Shown here: in pieces, positions 1 to 13,056 of the stretch
Layout of the letters: each line of letters starts with the position of its first letter
How positions within the stretch are numbered: the stretch's first letter is position 1
Assembly (NCBI GenBank): GCA_049999805.1
Contig: JBNGIO010006382.1
Location: forward strand, 388,182-431,819
DNA length: 43,638 nucleotides
Reading direction: 5' to 3'
Origin: Folioceros fuciformis
Taxonomy: Eukaryota
The notes under the pieces: model-generated
The model's database searches: none
What the model saw: only the letters and a program-made list of their open reading frames with translations
Told to the model about the DNA's origin: nothing
Made by a program: the position numbers and the translations under genes

Positions 1-1399
1 CCATCACGCTCACATTCGAGAGCCTACAGCGACGGTTGCCCTGCCTGCAGATTCCCCAAATCCTCTCCAACTTTCTATTACACCTTCAACTGTAGCAAGA
101 TCCGCATCCTCGAGCTCCGATTCAAGGGCCTCGGTTGGATGTTCGACGATATGATCTGCAGCTTTGGCGAGAAGGGCCTCCCCTTAAAGTTGATCCTTAA
201 AAGTCTGCTGCTGGGATGGAGCACATGCAGACACGCTGGATTGTGCGCTTACTCGCCGAGATTGGACCTAAATTCCGCTGAAGGACTGAATGATGCTGCA
301 TAGTCGGTGGTCCATGTGTGGCGTGTATATTATTAGTGTGTAGATGCATTCCTGGTTTGCTCAAGTCAAGTACGCAGTTTACATTATGCGTGTCATGTGG
401 AGGCGTTTGGAGGTAGCCGGTTTGAAATACCTACATTTCATTTTGACGTATGCTAAGGCTTGATTAACAGCTGATGCACTCTAATCTTCTGGGAAGCTTG
501 ATTCAATCTGGTATTGTGAATTACATCTATTTTGTGTTCCCATTGAAGTACTCCTTGTTCAAGATGCGCTCTCGATTCGTCACATTGAGCTAGAACTTTG
601 AAACTATCTTTGAATCTAGAACTTTGAAACCATCGCAAGCCTAAAATATGAGATGCACCCATGAGGTTTGAAGGCCATCAAGGCATTGGCTTTTGCGCCT
701 AGATTCGAAAAGATCAACAAGTTTTCAAACCTCCAAGAGAGGATGCTACCCTATTCCGGGCAAACTATACTTTCTCTAGAATTCTGGAAATCAAATCTAA
801 TTTTATCTTCTAACGTATCATCAAATACCAAGAGGTGTACAACATGGAGGAACAACGTTTGTGTTATCTTCTTCGTCACGTTACTGAAAGTGAACACCAC
901 GTCAATACTGCCTACTAAGTTTCTGGTGAGGTCGAACGTCACACGCTTACTCTTCCTGGTGTCGCCTGTGGGCGTCCTCTGACCCGCCGATGAAGAACAT
1001 AAGGAGACCCGTGATGGTTGCCATTAGACAGCCCAATTTGAGCCCGACTGGGAGTGCTTCAGTTCCGGGAGGATATATCACTTCGGAGAAGAAAATGGTG
1101 GTCACGACGGGTATGACACACAGTGCGATAAGCCATACCAATAGTGCCCCAGTTAGAGCCATCTTGAAAGTCTCACGGCCCGAGTGATGTCGCAGCAACT
1201 AGCTCGCCTGGTTATACTGTGGCCCGTCGTAACGTTTGGCCTTGGATGATGAGGAGGTGAAGCCTGCTGACGATCCAGTGCCAAATTTCCAAGCTTCCTA
1301 AGCTGATCCGCCGTGAACCTAAGATGATCCGATCCGCCATGACCCTAAGCTTCTAGGTCGAGGAAGACACAACGCTAGAGAGGTAGACAGAACGTTACC

Positions 1400-3281
1400 T
1401 CAAAGGTTAGATACTACAGGCTGCAGAGTGGCCATTCCGGAGAGGACGACTTGCCCTCGTTCCCTCACTTTGCTCCTGAAAACGACTCTGCAAACATCAC
1501 TCCATCAGCTGAGCTCAGCTCATGGCGTAGATGTAGTTGCAGGCACAGCTTTCAAGCACAAGAGGAAGCCGCACCTGGAATTTGCAACGTCCCTCCACAT
1601 CTCCGTCACGAGTGTCTCACCAGGATACACGTGGTGCAGAAACCGACCTTGGACAGCCCTTACGCGGGATGGCTCTCCACCACAGAAGGAGCGTATCACA
1701 GCTCGGGCAGCAAACCCGAGAGAACAAAGGCCATGTAAGATTGGTTGCTTGAAGCTAAGCAGAGTGGAAACAACTGTGTAGTCAGAACAAGCCAATCTGA
1801 TACTTCAGGACCCCGACAGTTGACAGAAGAAAGCAGAATGCCTACCCTGCTTTTGCAGCCAACATCGGGTCAACATGCAAAGGATTGTAGTCTCCGGATA
1901 AACGGTATAACAGTGCCTGAACCAAGCCTTGCCACATGAGCTGGGATCCCAACGCAAAGATGCTAACCGAACTGGCAGTGAGAGCATATGCAACCTGGAC
2001 CAAAATCCACACCTGGCTGGGATGTATAAGTTGCTCGAAAGTAGCTTCCGGAGGACCATCAAAACTCGGAATTCCCTTGCTGCCAGATGCCTGTGCGTTT
2101 ATTCTTGAAGGGGTTCGAGATGAAAAGGAGAAGGGTGTAGCGGAAGAAGCCGAGAAGCCACCTGCTCCTCGTAGGAAACACGTACATCTACGACCAAACA
2201 AAATGGCATACCCACTGTAAGGTAACAAGGCAGGAAGGCGTCTCCAATGGATGGGCAGATTTGGATTCGGGAATCGAACACCACCTGTTCAAGCAGAGTA
2301 GCTCCCCAGTATCAAGGTTTTGACTTGAGCACTCCAGATCGATGATGGCCGCTTTTCCTACAAAGGCACTAAATCCCACTTTTATTCTCATCAACTGGGA
2401 TCGACAAACTCAAAATTGTTGAGAAACAAGTGGCTTTAGTTCCAAACAATACCTTTGTCATACAGTCCAGCAACCCGCATCCTGTTTTGGATCTGAATCA
2501 AGGTAAAAGTTTCAGCATGGTTTGAGAAAAGAGGTTGATGCGGCTGAGAACATGGAGCATTACTACCTTTGCTTGTGTAGGGAGCGGCTTGTAAATTTCC
2601 AGATACTGCTCCCCATGCAACAACAAAGCTGGATCGAAGCTGCAAAAGTGACTGACTGTCTCACAAAACTACAAAACTAAGCCTCCCCAGAGCTGGCAGA
2701 CATGGGAAACAGGCTACCAAGGTCCGCCAATAAACTACCCGAAGCATCCGCCACGAGAGACATACTTACTGCAAACCAGGAACCGATCTGAGAACGTCAA
2801 CCACCCTGGCTGGAAAGAGCACAGCAAATGTTGGCAACACCTGCAAACAGCAGCGACTTCAATTGCCATTGCATCATATCTCATACCGACCACAAGGAGG
2901 GGGAGAAGTTCAATTCAATCCAACCTTGATAGAACCCTGCCCCTCCGCGTGATACAGATAGGGCAGCTCCAAAGGATCTAGCTGGTCCTCCCCTGGTGCT
3001 CCAACCCCCAGCGCGTACAGCGCCACATCCCTGCCACGGAAATGCAAGACAAGCAGCAATTACCCAAATTGAAGAGGCCTTCCTCGCAGCAACAAAAATC
3101 TAAACATAAATGGCCCAAACCTTTCCGTGTAGTTGAACTCATCCTGAAGCAAAGGGGTAGCACCGTCAGCTTCCAACCCATCAAGAGCAACAGGACATAC
3201 CGATTGCAGGCAGCAGCAATCAAGACAGACCTCACTGAACCGATAGGACACCACGAGCTCAGGCTGGATGCGGGGAATCAT
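1400..3281 (-). CDS. ECH2: Peroxisomal enoyl-CoA hydratase 2 (MaoC/double hot-dog fold), 11 coding exons
   Basis: Exons joined at GT-AG sites in consistent phase: 3281-3231, 3143-3121, 3030-2925, 2840-2770, 2639-2567, 2492-2453, 2357-2285, 2187-2013, 1916-1846, 1754-1575, 1487-1400. The protein reads YTERDVALYALGVG...LLLHGEQYLEIYKPLP...ALLYRLSGDYNPLHVDP (hydratase-2 motif)...PILHGLCSLG and ends in a PTS1-like SNL*. Confidence 0.95.
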
Positions 3282-3928
3282 GGCTGCTTGCTGCACCGGC
3301 GGATCGTGAACTGGAGGGAGACAAAAACAGTAGTGGATATGCACACAGTTCCCGAAGTCATGAGGCTTCACAGAATGCACGGGTCTCCAGAATGTCCGGT
3401 GAGATGCAGTTCTGGCGTTTACTGCAGGTAGATTCCAACTAGGGTTAAAGAAAGAAAGTAACCAATGGAAGATGACATGTGTACAGAGCACTCTTTTATG
3501 GGCGCTAGGAGCAAGCACTGCCGATCCCGTCCTGTCGCCGCCACAGCATCCCGGCGCCGGATCGCTTGCCGGTCGGTTGACATTTGAAATTTGCGCACGG
3601 AATTCGAGATTTTGCGGCCGCGGGGTGTGGAGGATTCGAGCGGCCTGCGCTGATTTGCAGGACTGTGGAGGCCGCCGAGGCTTAGTGGGCGGTTGATGTG
3701 CGGAGGAGGTGGAGTGGCGGGGATGGGTGGAGGCCTGTGCTGCTGTCTTGCGATTCGGATTAGGGCTGCGCTGTTGTAGGATCAGCAGGTGCGGGAAGCG
3801 CGGGCGGCCGAGTGGAGATGAGAGTGTACTGGAGCTGTGGGACATCTTGTGTGCGTGAGGTTGTTGCTGGTGGCGTCGAGCTCATGAGAATCGGTCGGAG
3901 TCGGTGAGTTGGAGTACAGTTAGGAGCC

Positions 3929-6551
3929 ATGGCAGCCGCGAACGGTAGGACAAATGTGGATGCCGCGGAAGCGTGGAAGGTTTCTGCGAATGCTGCGTTT
4001 CAAGGTGAGCGAGGAGGATTCTTGTGGGTGCGGAGTAGGCGGTGTGAATTTGGTGGGTCTGACCGCTTGTGTCGGTTTGGTTGCCTCAGCGCATCACTAC
4101 CAGAAGGCCATAGAGCTGTACACGGAGGCCATAAAGCTGAATCCGGACAATGCGGTTTACTGGTCAAACAGAGCGTTTGCCCATACCAAGGTGGAGGAAT
4201 ATGGAAGTGCGATTGCGGATGCCACCAGGTCTATAGAGATCGACCCCAAGTACTTTAAGGTGAGGCATTTGATTGAGGAGGTGCTGTCAGCTCGACCAGA
4301 AGATAGAAGCCTTCCTGTGACATGTATGGCTGCAATTGTTTCTTGTCCAGGGATATTATAGGAGAGGGGCGGCGTACCTGTCTATGAGCAAGTTTGAGGA
4401 CGCCCTCAAAGACATCAGGCAGGTGAGTGGCACATCCTAGTACTCCCCTTTGTGCTTGACGAGGTATGGAGCCCAGCTATCAGTTGATCGATTGGCTGTT
4501 GCGGGGAGGAGCAGGTGTGCAAGATCTTCCCGAAAGATCCGGATGCAGAAAAGAAGTTGAAAGAGTGCGAAAGGCAAATTCGGAAGATCAAATTTGAGAA
4601 AGCAATCGCAAGTGATGATCATGAGGAAGAAACTATCGATGATAATTTCTATCTCTCCATAGGTGGACATCAGATCCTTATCTTTCTCTCAGTGCATAGT
4701 GTGAGGCATCGTTTTTGTGTTACTTTGATTGTGCATAATGTCTTCACTTCTACCGCTTATCGTTTGTTTTTGCCTTTGCAGAAGTTGAAGAAGGTTACAG
4801 TGGGCCTAGATTAGAGGGTGACCAGGTAACGTTGGAGTTCGTGAAACAGATGATGGCCCAATTCAAAGTCCGGCAAAAGATCCACCGGCGGTAATGGCCA
4901 GAATGCCTTTAACACAGTCAATTAGCATTGCAGCATGGAATAAATGCCTTACCAACGCCTGTTTGTTTTGTTGGCAGTTATGCCTTCCAGATTTTGCTGC
5001 AGACAAGGGCATTGCTCCGGGCACAACCAACTCTGGTGGACATAACCATTCCAGACAAGCAACATTTTACTGTTTGCGGGGATATTCATGGTCAGGTGAG
5101 GGCCTATGACATGTTGGTCAAGTGCGTTGGCTTTTCGTTTACACAAATATGTTGTTTTATGAACATCCCTATTTTGCTGTACTATGAGTTCGTTGCTTTA
5201 TCGTTGCATGTTCCTAACACACCTCTTTTGCAGTACTATGACTTACTCAACATTTTCGAGTTGAATGGCCTGCCATCCATGGAAAACCCATATCTTTTCA
5301 ACGGAGATTTTGTAGACCGAGGATCTTTCTCTGTGGAGTGTATATTCACTCTGTTTGCGTTCAAATGTCTCTACCCTTCAGGTACCTCTGTGCTGCGAGC
5401 GCACTTTGTCTAGAGGTTTGCATGCCTTGAAGTTACTAGATCTGATTGTCAATGGCCGACAGGTATGGCCAGGCAGTCGGCCGTTTTGATGGTCAATTTC
5501 TTAACTTGGTTGACATTTTGTGCAGGACTGTATCTGTCGAGAGGAAACCATGAGAGCAAAAGCATGAATAAGATTTATGGGTTCGATGGTGAAGTCAAGG
5601 CCAAATACAACGCGTTAATGGCAAACTTGTTTGCCGAAACTTTCTGCTGCTTGCCACTAGCCAACCTATTAAACAACAAGGTTCTTGTGATGCATGGTGG
5701 GCTATTCAGCACTGATGGTGTGAAATTGTCAGACATCCGAAGTATTGACCGGTTCAGGGAGCCACCTGATGAAGGTTTGTCTTCATTGTGCTGAGTTTCA
5801 TTGACTCACTTTTGTGGTCAGGTGGAAATCGATATTTTTAGTTTTTTTTTCCAAAGATGATTTCTTTTTCTCCCTAGATGTTTAAATCTCTAACTCGGCA
5901 ACTTTGTTTGCAGGTCTCATGTGTGAACTTCTTTGGAGTGATCCCCATCCGGGCGTGGGGCGGATTGCAAGCAAGCGTGGGGTTGGAGTTGCCTTCGGAT
6001 CAGATGTTAGTCACAACTTCTTGAAAGACAACAACTTAGGTGCGTGGAAGGTCCAGTTTTCTGGTAAAGTCTTTGAATGGACAACGAGCTTTTCTCGCTG
6101 ACTGAGGTTTCCCTTTTCAGATCTTTTGGTAAGGTCTCATGAGGTACAGGAGAATGGGTACGCCGAAGATCATGGTGGGAAAGTAATTACGGTGTTCTCT
6201 GCTCCCAATTACTGTGACCAGGTGGGTGCACATCACATCTTCCTGGTGGTGGCTGGTGTTCTCTTTGAGTAGCATGGGGCCTGATTTCCTGGAGTCCCTG
6301 ACCCGTTTTGTTGCATCGGCAGATGGGAAACAAAGGCGCTTTTATAAGATTCGTGGCACCGGATTTGAAACCCCACTATACGTGTTTCTCTGCTGTGGTA
6401 CGTATCCTGTTTGGACGCGAATCTAGGTTTCCTGTGTCTTCTGTCTCCGTAGGCTGCTGTCACGTCACCCTATGTAACTGCTTCCCGTTGGTACTCGCAG
6501 CCTCACCCAGACGTGAAGCCCATGGCTTATGCACTCAGCCTATTGGCTTAG
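3929..6551 (+). CDS. PP5: Serine/threonine protein phosphatase 5 (TPR repeats plus PPP catalytic domain), multi-exon
   Basis: TPR exon [31 protein letters not shown] motifs [41 protein letters not shown] and VFSAPNYC. Last exon 6501-6551 reads [16 protein letters not shown]. Confidence 0.96.
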
Positions 6552-7019
6552 TGTTTGCTCAGTTCTGTCGGCCAAGAAGCTCGGCTGTCGTGCTGGCATG
6601 CTCTTGCACCCTAAGGGACGGGGCTGAGTTGAGGTAGGTTGTTAGTGAGTGCATGCAGAAGTGCGCCTGTCCACCGTCGGCCGCATTTTCTGCGTCACTG
6701 CGGCACTTAGGTGAAGACCTCCCCCGTGAAGACGGATCAAATTGATTTGCAAGTGCGGGTGTAATATATGTTCTGCACGATCGGGAGGAGTAGAGGTAGC
6801 AGAGGATTGTCACAGTGGAGGGTCATGTGCGAGTTTTGCTGGACATAAGACGTCATACATACATAACCAAGGGTCTACAGTGGTGACATTGGATGGGGTT
6901 CGTCACTAAGCCAGTTCACAGCTGTGACAAAAATAAAGTATCGATGAGCTATTGTCTGGTTGGCAGTCCGGCTCCTGGGCAGCATCCTTCCCTGCAGTTG
7001 GGGCTGGTTCCTCTGATTC

Positions 7020-8339
7020 TCACGGAGTTACATCCAGGCGGGGCACGAAACTGCCCATAGAAGCACTGGTGCCGAGCAAGCGGTGCAAAACCTCCTCCGT
7101 CTTGCGGATGTGGTCAGGCAAGCTACTCCAGCCGTCGGGCTTGGAGCGATCGTACATGACAACGCCGTTGAAGGGGCTGGAAGAGCTGGTGATGTAGAGC
7201 ATATGTCCCCCTCCCGAGCAGTTGAGGTACCCACAGTATTCTTGGGCGAAGCAGTCGCTCACCTTCATGTCGGCCTTGCCCACCCAGATCCTCCGCTCCC
7301 GGTCATATCCCACGACGAAGATGCGTTCCGTGATGGGCATGGGCTCGTCGGGAGCCTTGGGCAGATCCGTCCTGCCCACAAGCTCGATCACCGACGGCTG
7401 CCCACGGGATGTCCCCGGCATCACCACCACCTGGAGAGTGAACCAGTTGAGCTGCAGCAGCGAGAGGCAGGGCAGCACCGCGGACGAAGGCACGGCGATG
7501 GCGAAGCTGTCCTGCTCCACATGATACGCCAGCACCACCACCCGCTTGTTGGCGAACCCGCCGGGACTGCAGTCCAGGCCCAGGCAGTAGATGACTCCCG
7601 CGGAGGCGGTGCTGGAGCTGGGGAGCAGCATCAGGTCGTCGTCCGCCATGGTTGCCCCCTTCCGCCACTCCCGGGTGCCCGAGTGGTATACCTCGGCCGC
7701 CCAGTGGAAGCAGGATGCGCCCTGACAGATGCGCACCAGCTTGTACGACTGCGTGGCCTCGTCCACCAGCAGCTGGTGCAGGATCTTGTCGTCGTGGCCG
7801 CCACCGTGCGGGAGCGCGCCTGCGCTTAGCGCCACCCTCTGCCACTTGTTGGTCACTGGGTTGCCCACCCAGTAGCAGGGCGCGGCCCCGGCCAGCCCCC
7901 GCATCACCACCAGCCCCGACGCCCCTGCTTCCGACCTCAGGACGGTGACATCCGTCTCAGGCCGCAGCTCCGGGAACGACATCGTGTACCACCGCCTGGC
8001 CTGTGGGTCGAATGCCCAGCACTCCACCACCCTGTGCTGCATCGCCTCCTCGTCCTTGTGCATCGCTACCGGACAGCACACCAGGCACCATGGCCACCGC
8101 CGCGCCGTCGCCTGCACCTCCTCGCCCTGCCCCGGGAAGCCCTTCCCTGTCAGCAGCCTGTTCCATTTCTTGCACACGCTTCGAGCTCGGACCAAGCTTG
8201 GCACCGGCAGACAGCACAGAACTTTGCACACCAGATCATCATCTGCCAGGAATCCCTCCTCTTCTTCCTCCTCCCTCTCCTGCTCTTGCTGCTCGACATC
8301 ACCACCACCGTCTCCAGCTGCTGCTGCTAGTGGTGCCAT
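7020..8339 (-). CDS. F-box protein with C-terminal beta-propeller/kelch-like region, single exon
   Basis: Uninterrupted GC-rich ORF. F-box motif LADDDLVCKVLCCLPVPSLVRARSVCKKWNRLL, followed by AFDPQARRWY, WVGNPVTNKW and AEVYHSGTREW, typical of plant F-box-associated domains. Start placed at ATG 8339 (MAPLAAA). Confidence 0.85.
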   Translation of the reverse strand: MAPLAAAAGDGGGDVEQQEQEREEEEEEGFLADDDLVCKVLCCLPVPSLVRARSVCKKWNRLLTGKGFPGQGEEVQATARRWPWCLVCCPVAMHKDEEAMQHRVVECWAFDPQARRWYTMSFPELRPETDVTVLRSEAGASGLVVMRGLAGAAPCYWVGNPVTNKWQRVALSAGALPHGGGHDDKILHQLLVDEATQSYKLVRICQGASCFHWAAEVYHSGTREWRKGATMADDDLMLLPSSSTASAGVIYCLGLDCSPGGFANKRVVVLAYHVEQDSFAIAVPSSAVLPCLSLLQLNWFTLQVVVMPGTSRGQPSVIELVGRTDLPKAPDEPMPITERIFVVGYDRERRIWVGKADMKVSDCFAQEYCGYLNCSGGGHMLYITSSSSPFNGVVMYDRSKPDGWSSLPDHIRKTEEVLHRLLGTSASMGSFVPRLDVTP

Positions 8340-8596
8340 CCTGTGACACAAGGCACGGGATGATGGAAGGACGGACAGCATGAACTGGCACGACGGCACT
8401 CCAACACAGGTCACGCCTCCGTACATCTCTGCCTGGAGATGGCCAGGGTAACGAAACCTCAACGGAAAACCGTTTCACCGGTTGGGGACATCCAATAAAC
8501 CCAATGCCTAAGTTCGTTAGCGAGGATTGGACAAATATGTTAGTCTCCCACAGGCCACCTAGTAATAATTAGCACTGTCTGTTATCTACCTGCTTG

Positions 8597-11500
8597 TCAC
8601 TGGGACAGGAGCGTCCGCAGTGCTCTGTTCTGCCGCTCTTCACTCACCTCCATCAGCAAAGAGAGAAGGGCCTCACACATTTCAGCCGAATCTGCCTCCT
8701 TGTCATCTTTTTTAGCTGGAGAATACACCATCCATGCATGATCCAGTTTCCTCTCTGGTTTCACAACCATAGAACCCGGGATTTCAGCATCTTTCCTGGC
8801 TACTAGCCCGTCACTCTTCTCTCCGTACCGAAGTTCCAAGTGGAGAGCGCACACTGCCATGGCAGCTGCTAAAGGGATCACGACTGGGAGAGTCTTCGTG
8901 GCAACCGCTTCATCCGTTGCCTGGGTGTTGCTGGACCCTGGCAACCATGGAAGCTCCGCGTGTGCTATCTGTGACATGGTCGATAGCACGCCGGGAGCCT
9001 TGCTGGCCTCACTGTGGAAGGAGATAGTTGGGAATTCTGGAGGAAGAGTGTATTTTTCAAGGAATTGCCGCCTTTTCTGATAAGTTAGGTCTTCCAGAGC
9101 TCGCATATCACCCTGAAAGTCACCATCCAGGTCAGCACCTATAACAATTAATCAATTGAGACAAAGGAGCTGATGTGTGCATATCCGGTTATTGTACCTT
9201 GATGATTTTGCAGATCACCATCTCCATGATCCTTCTTGTTTCGATATCTGCAATTTGCCCTTCTCGGAGGATGTCGGATGCAATTGGGCTGCCCCCGTAT
9301 GGTGATTGCACAGCTACCAGCCCAACCACTTTGTCCCTCAGCTGATCCCAGTATATTGACAAAGCTGCAGCTGCATCCACTCCCCCTTTGCTGTGGCCAA
9401 GGAGAACAACACGCTTGCCTGTGCCCCAGAACAACTCGTCAATGTAGTCCTTGAGCTGCTGGGCGTTCGTCTCCACTGCAGCCTGTGACAAACCGCTATG
9501 CCCTTCAGTTACTCTGACTCTGAAATCCTGTCAGAGTCACTGACTTCATTCACCCGGTGCCATCAACTAACAAAAATGGAGCTGATACCTCACTGTGAAT
9601 CTTGGCTATGTAGCAAGAAAGCCCCATCTTGGAGAAATACTTTTTGGTGTCTACAAAATATAGTGGCCCATGATTGCTGAACAGACCTGTTATGAATCAG
9701 CAACAAATGAAGTATGTTCAGAACAAGCAGAAGTATTCCAGATCCGTCGTCTCGTCGTGTATCCACATACCAGGAACTAGAAGATAGACGAGATTATTGG
9801 GTAGCACATGCACCCCATGCCTGCAGAGGCAAACACTCACGTCAGAGAACATCGTCTCACGAGCCTTGAGTTTGTCAGTTTGAAATTACGAAACATACTG
9901 ACCGAATTCGTTCGAGATGCTCATGAAAACGCTCAGTTCCATCTTCCACAGGGGGCAAGCCAGGCATCTTCTGAAGCCAACCTATGTCATCTCCTGACCC
10001 GCGCAAAGTTGTTTGCACCCTCGCCACAACCCTATCCACATTGAAATCGTGCAAATGGACTTTGAGAAATGGGGACATGCTTTACGATAGCATGCCCTTT
10101 TGCTCTTGTCCAGTCAGACACTTTGCAGATCAAAATGAACAACTGCAAATCATCGTATCAATTGACAAATGGACAGGCCGAGCAATTGTCCACAACTGAC
10201 AGACACACACAAGGGACTCCAGGCCATGGCTCACTCTAGACAGCTGAGGATTCTCTCTGTCGGAAAGCTCACCGCTTCCATCTGGCACGTGTGCGCTCTA
10301 TGCGCCTCAGGACAAAATTAAGAAATGAAAAGGCCAACCGCCAAGCAAATCCAAGGCCTGTGAATTCAAAGATATACCTGCGTCACAAGAACTGTGAGAG
10401 GCAGAACACCTAAGGGGGTCCCAAACAAACTAACGTGAAAGGGCATGCCAACCCTGTGAGTAAGATGCATGCTACCAACATGTGGAGAGAAAGCTCCACA
10501 CCTTCTGGCTATGTCCATGCTAACAAAGATCTGATACGCGCACGTACTGGGTATTGTTTAGAGTAATCTCTATCACAGGAAGTACCCATGCAAACTCCAG
10601 GAGCTCTCCTCACAGGCTATCTGCTTCAAAATATACTACACGTCTTAGCAAACAGCAGGCAGAACAATTGACCCAGACCTTCAAGGAGGTAGCTGCACCA
10701 TCCATGGACCACACCAAGCATGACCAGGTCTGCATGAGTAGCGTGTGTCCACCAAACCCTCTTACATCACCATAGAAGCATCTGACAACACGTGATCACA
10801 AGAAGGCAAGTAAGTGAGGCCAGGCATTACTAAGAACTTTGATGCACAGGAGTGCTCACCCTTGCCAAAATGAAGGTGAAGAGATCAGCCAATTTTGACC
10901 GATTCCCATAACAGCTGAGCTAGTCTGTGCGAAGATTGAACTTGGTCGCTCCACCCGAACATTGCTAAGACCCGTGCTGGTCTCCGTACCCATGCCAGTG
11001 CTACTGGTGTCGGGGGATGTCTCCGGTACTGCTCCACCTGCTTCAGCATCGAGGCTACCCGATGCAGCTGCAGTAGATGGTTCTCCAGAGGACTGAGATG
11101 TCAAGTCCCGAGTAACAGCTTCCTCTGAAAGGAAGCTCACAATAATAAGTGTCCATAATATCACTTTCTAGTTAACCCCAAACAGCAAGCATACAATCAG
11201 TGAACACACGCAGAGTCGCTTTGGCCCAGGATAGACAACCTCTACTAACAAAGGTAGCAAGCCGGCGCCCAATATCAGAGGCAGTTTGAGCAATTCGCAC
11301 AGATGCCTCATTTATGGCAGGGACTGCTGCAGCCAGTGGAGGAATGCACCATTGATCTTCAAAACCCCCATGCTGCAGGATTGAATTTACCTGGTGGACG
11401 GCCAGAGGCATAAAGACTGATGAAAACCCTAGGATGCCTCACATGCACCAGCACAATTGCATCCAATGGTAAGACTGCAGGCAAAGAAAATGGGTGTGCA

Positions 11501-11797
11501 ACAAGTGGTCTACTGGAATGTACATAGGCGAGAGGTATCTCTCGTGAGCCATCTGCTGAAAGCTGAACGTTGGCAGGAGCCACCAAGTCTTCCAGTTCCA
11601 CATCTTGGTCTTCGGGCTGAGATCGGCCAACTGAGGATGCAACATGTAGCACATAGCACTGCTCCGGTCAAATAATGGCTGTACTACCTGTACTTCCATC
11701 TGCCAAGGGCATGCACTGCAAGATGATGACCCCAACTCGCACACATCCCCCTGTTGTATACAGTTAGCTCACCACTTTTGTTTGGTCTGAGAGCCAT
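8597..11797 (-). CDS. Alpha/beta-hydrolase superfamily protein (lipase-like, At2g44970 type), multi-exon; 5' end uncertain
   Basis: Exons encode YLLVPG/LFSNHGPLYF, KRVVLLGHSKGGVD (GxSxG nucleophile elbow), QSPYGGSPIA, SDGLV and LDHAWMVY. Stop at 8597-8599. ATG 11797 is inferred from a GTGAGC donor and phase compatibility only. Confidence 0.85.
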
Positions 11798-13056
11798 TAC
11801 GGAGAAGGCCTCCTTGTCAGCTCATTCTCATTTTATTCCGCGCTGGAATTCAGACGCGGAACCCCCTTCCCCTTCGATCTGTCTCCAGGACAGGACACCG
11901 AGAATTGGAAAACTCTAAGAGTTCCCTGGAACATCCAGACCAGACATCAAGGGTGCAAGAAACCATGAGAAACCAGTGACCCAATTCATCAGAAGAAAGG
12001 GGCAAAAGAAGAGGAGGCGTTGCTGGCCTCACAACGCAGGGGCGAGAAGAAGTCGCCCTACGTGCACTCGCGAGGGTTGCTTCGCTGTCAACTAGCACAT
12101 TCCTCGCACTCCTCCCTGCTTTCTCTGCCCACCCCCCTGAACCGAAGTGCCCTTAACTGAGAATAGCGCTCATCTACCGGTACAAGGTTGAGGAGCGCGC
12201 ATCTCGCCGGAGAAGACCAAAGAGCAAAGGCGAATCGGGAAAACAAATTGGGAGAACTGATGGCATGTGGCATGCGAGGAGATTGGCACGAAGAGACGTG
12301 AGTGGACGGTTTTGCTGTGAAGGTCCCTCTCCCGTTCTTTGCGTGGCAAAGCGAAAATCTCAACAAATCCACGCATGCACCGCGAATGAAGACAGGCGGA
12401 GGGCGTGAGGTGCCACAGCCGCACTAGTAGCACAGAAGTCGGTCTGTCCAGCCATCAGCAAGGATGGTAAAGGGAGCAGCCAAGTTTTGTTTGGAGCTGG
12501 CCTTTCGGGTCCTTCCAGAAGACAAGGTGATGCCATTCTTGGCTACAGTTTTCAAACTGCCATCAAGTCGGCCAAACATGCCGTTTCCAGGATTGCGTCC
12601 ACCCGACTGGGGTTCCGACTTCGACAATCGTTCGAGCGTCCTGATACTTGTTAGGCATTGCCATCGACGGGCTATGAGAATGCTTGAGCAAGAGCTGTGC
12701 GAACATATGCTTTGCGGTGAATTAGACAGGTGAGAACTCGTCCTCAGCACGGCATGACAGTCACAGCATCTACCTGGTCCGGGCCGTTGGTATTATATGA
12801 ACGAAGAAAGGTTCCAGCAAGGAGTTTCACAAGGCCCGGATCATCGAAGGTTTTCGCACAAGCACATGCGACATGATGATGATCCAGGAGAAGGCGGGGC
12901 CCATTTCCTGGTTGCTGGAATGATGGTGCCGACATTTGTGAACACATGGCGGAGGCAAAAGCTGGTGCAATGCGCAGATTAAAGGGCCCTGTCGGCGAAA
13001 GTTGTTACCGTATTCGACTAAATGACCTCCCATGTGATGTCACGCGTGGGACGCAC

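Noticed and set aside
1-950. Open frame 1-303 (+) and interrupted frames at 450-950
   Set aside because: Possibly a gene end or TE debris, but no motif I can support.
1400-3281. ECH2 as a member of the polyketide cluster
   Set aside because: It is a conserved peroxisomal beta-oxidation gene, about 10 kb from CHIL, with no sign of divergence.
3060-3845. 261-aa minus-strand ORF upstream of ECH2
   Set aside because: It runs through promoter, UTR and intron sequence. Only the short ECH2 exons within it are supported.
7083-8383. Long antisense and alternative-frame ORFs over the F-box gene
   Set aside because: Expected shadows of a GC-rich coding sequence, with no recognisable motifs.
11688-11699. 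Possible 12-nt micro-exon in the hydrolase 5' region
   Set aside because: It needs a weak donor and a 57-nt intron, and the frame is preserved without it.
12424-13033. Several 60-108 aa ORFs between the hydrolase and CHIL genes
   Set aside because: No recognisable family and no consistent exon chain.
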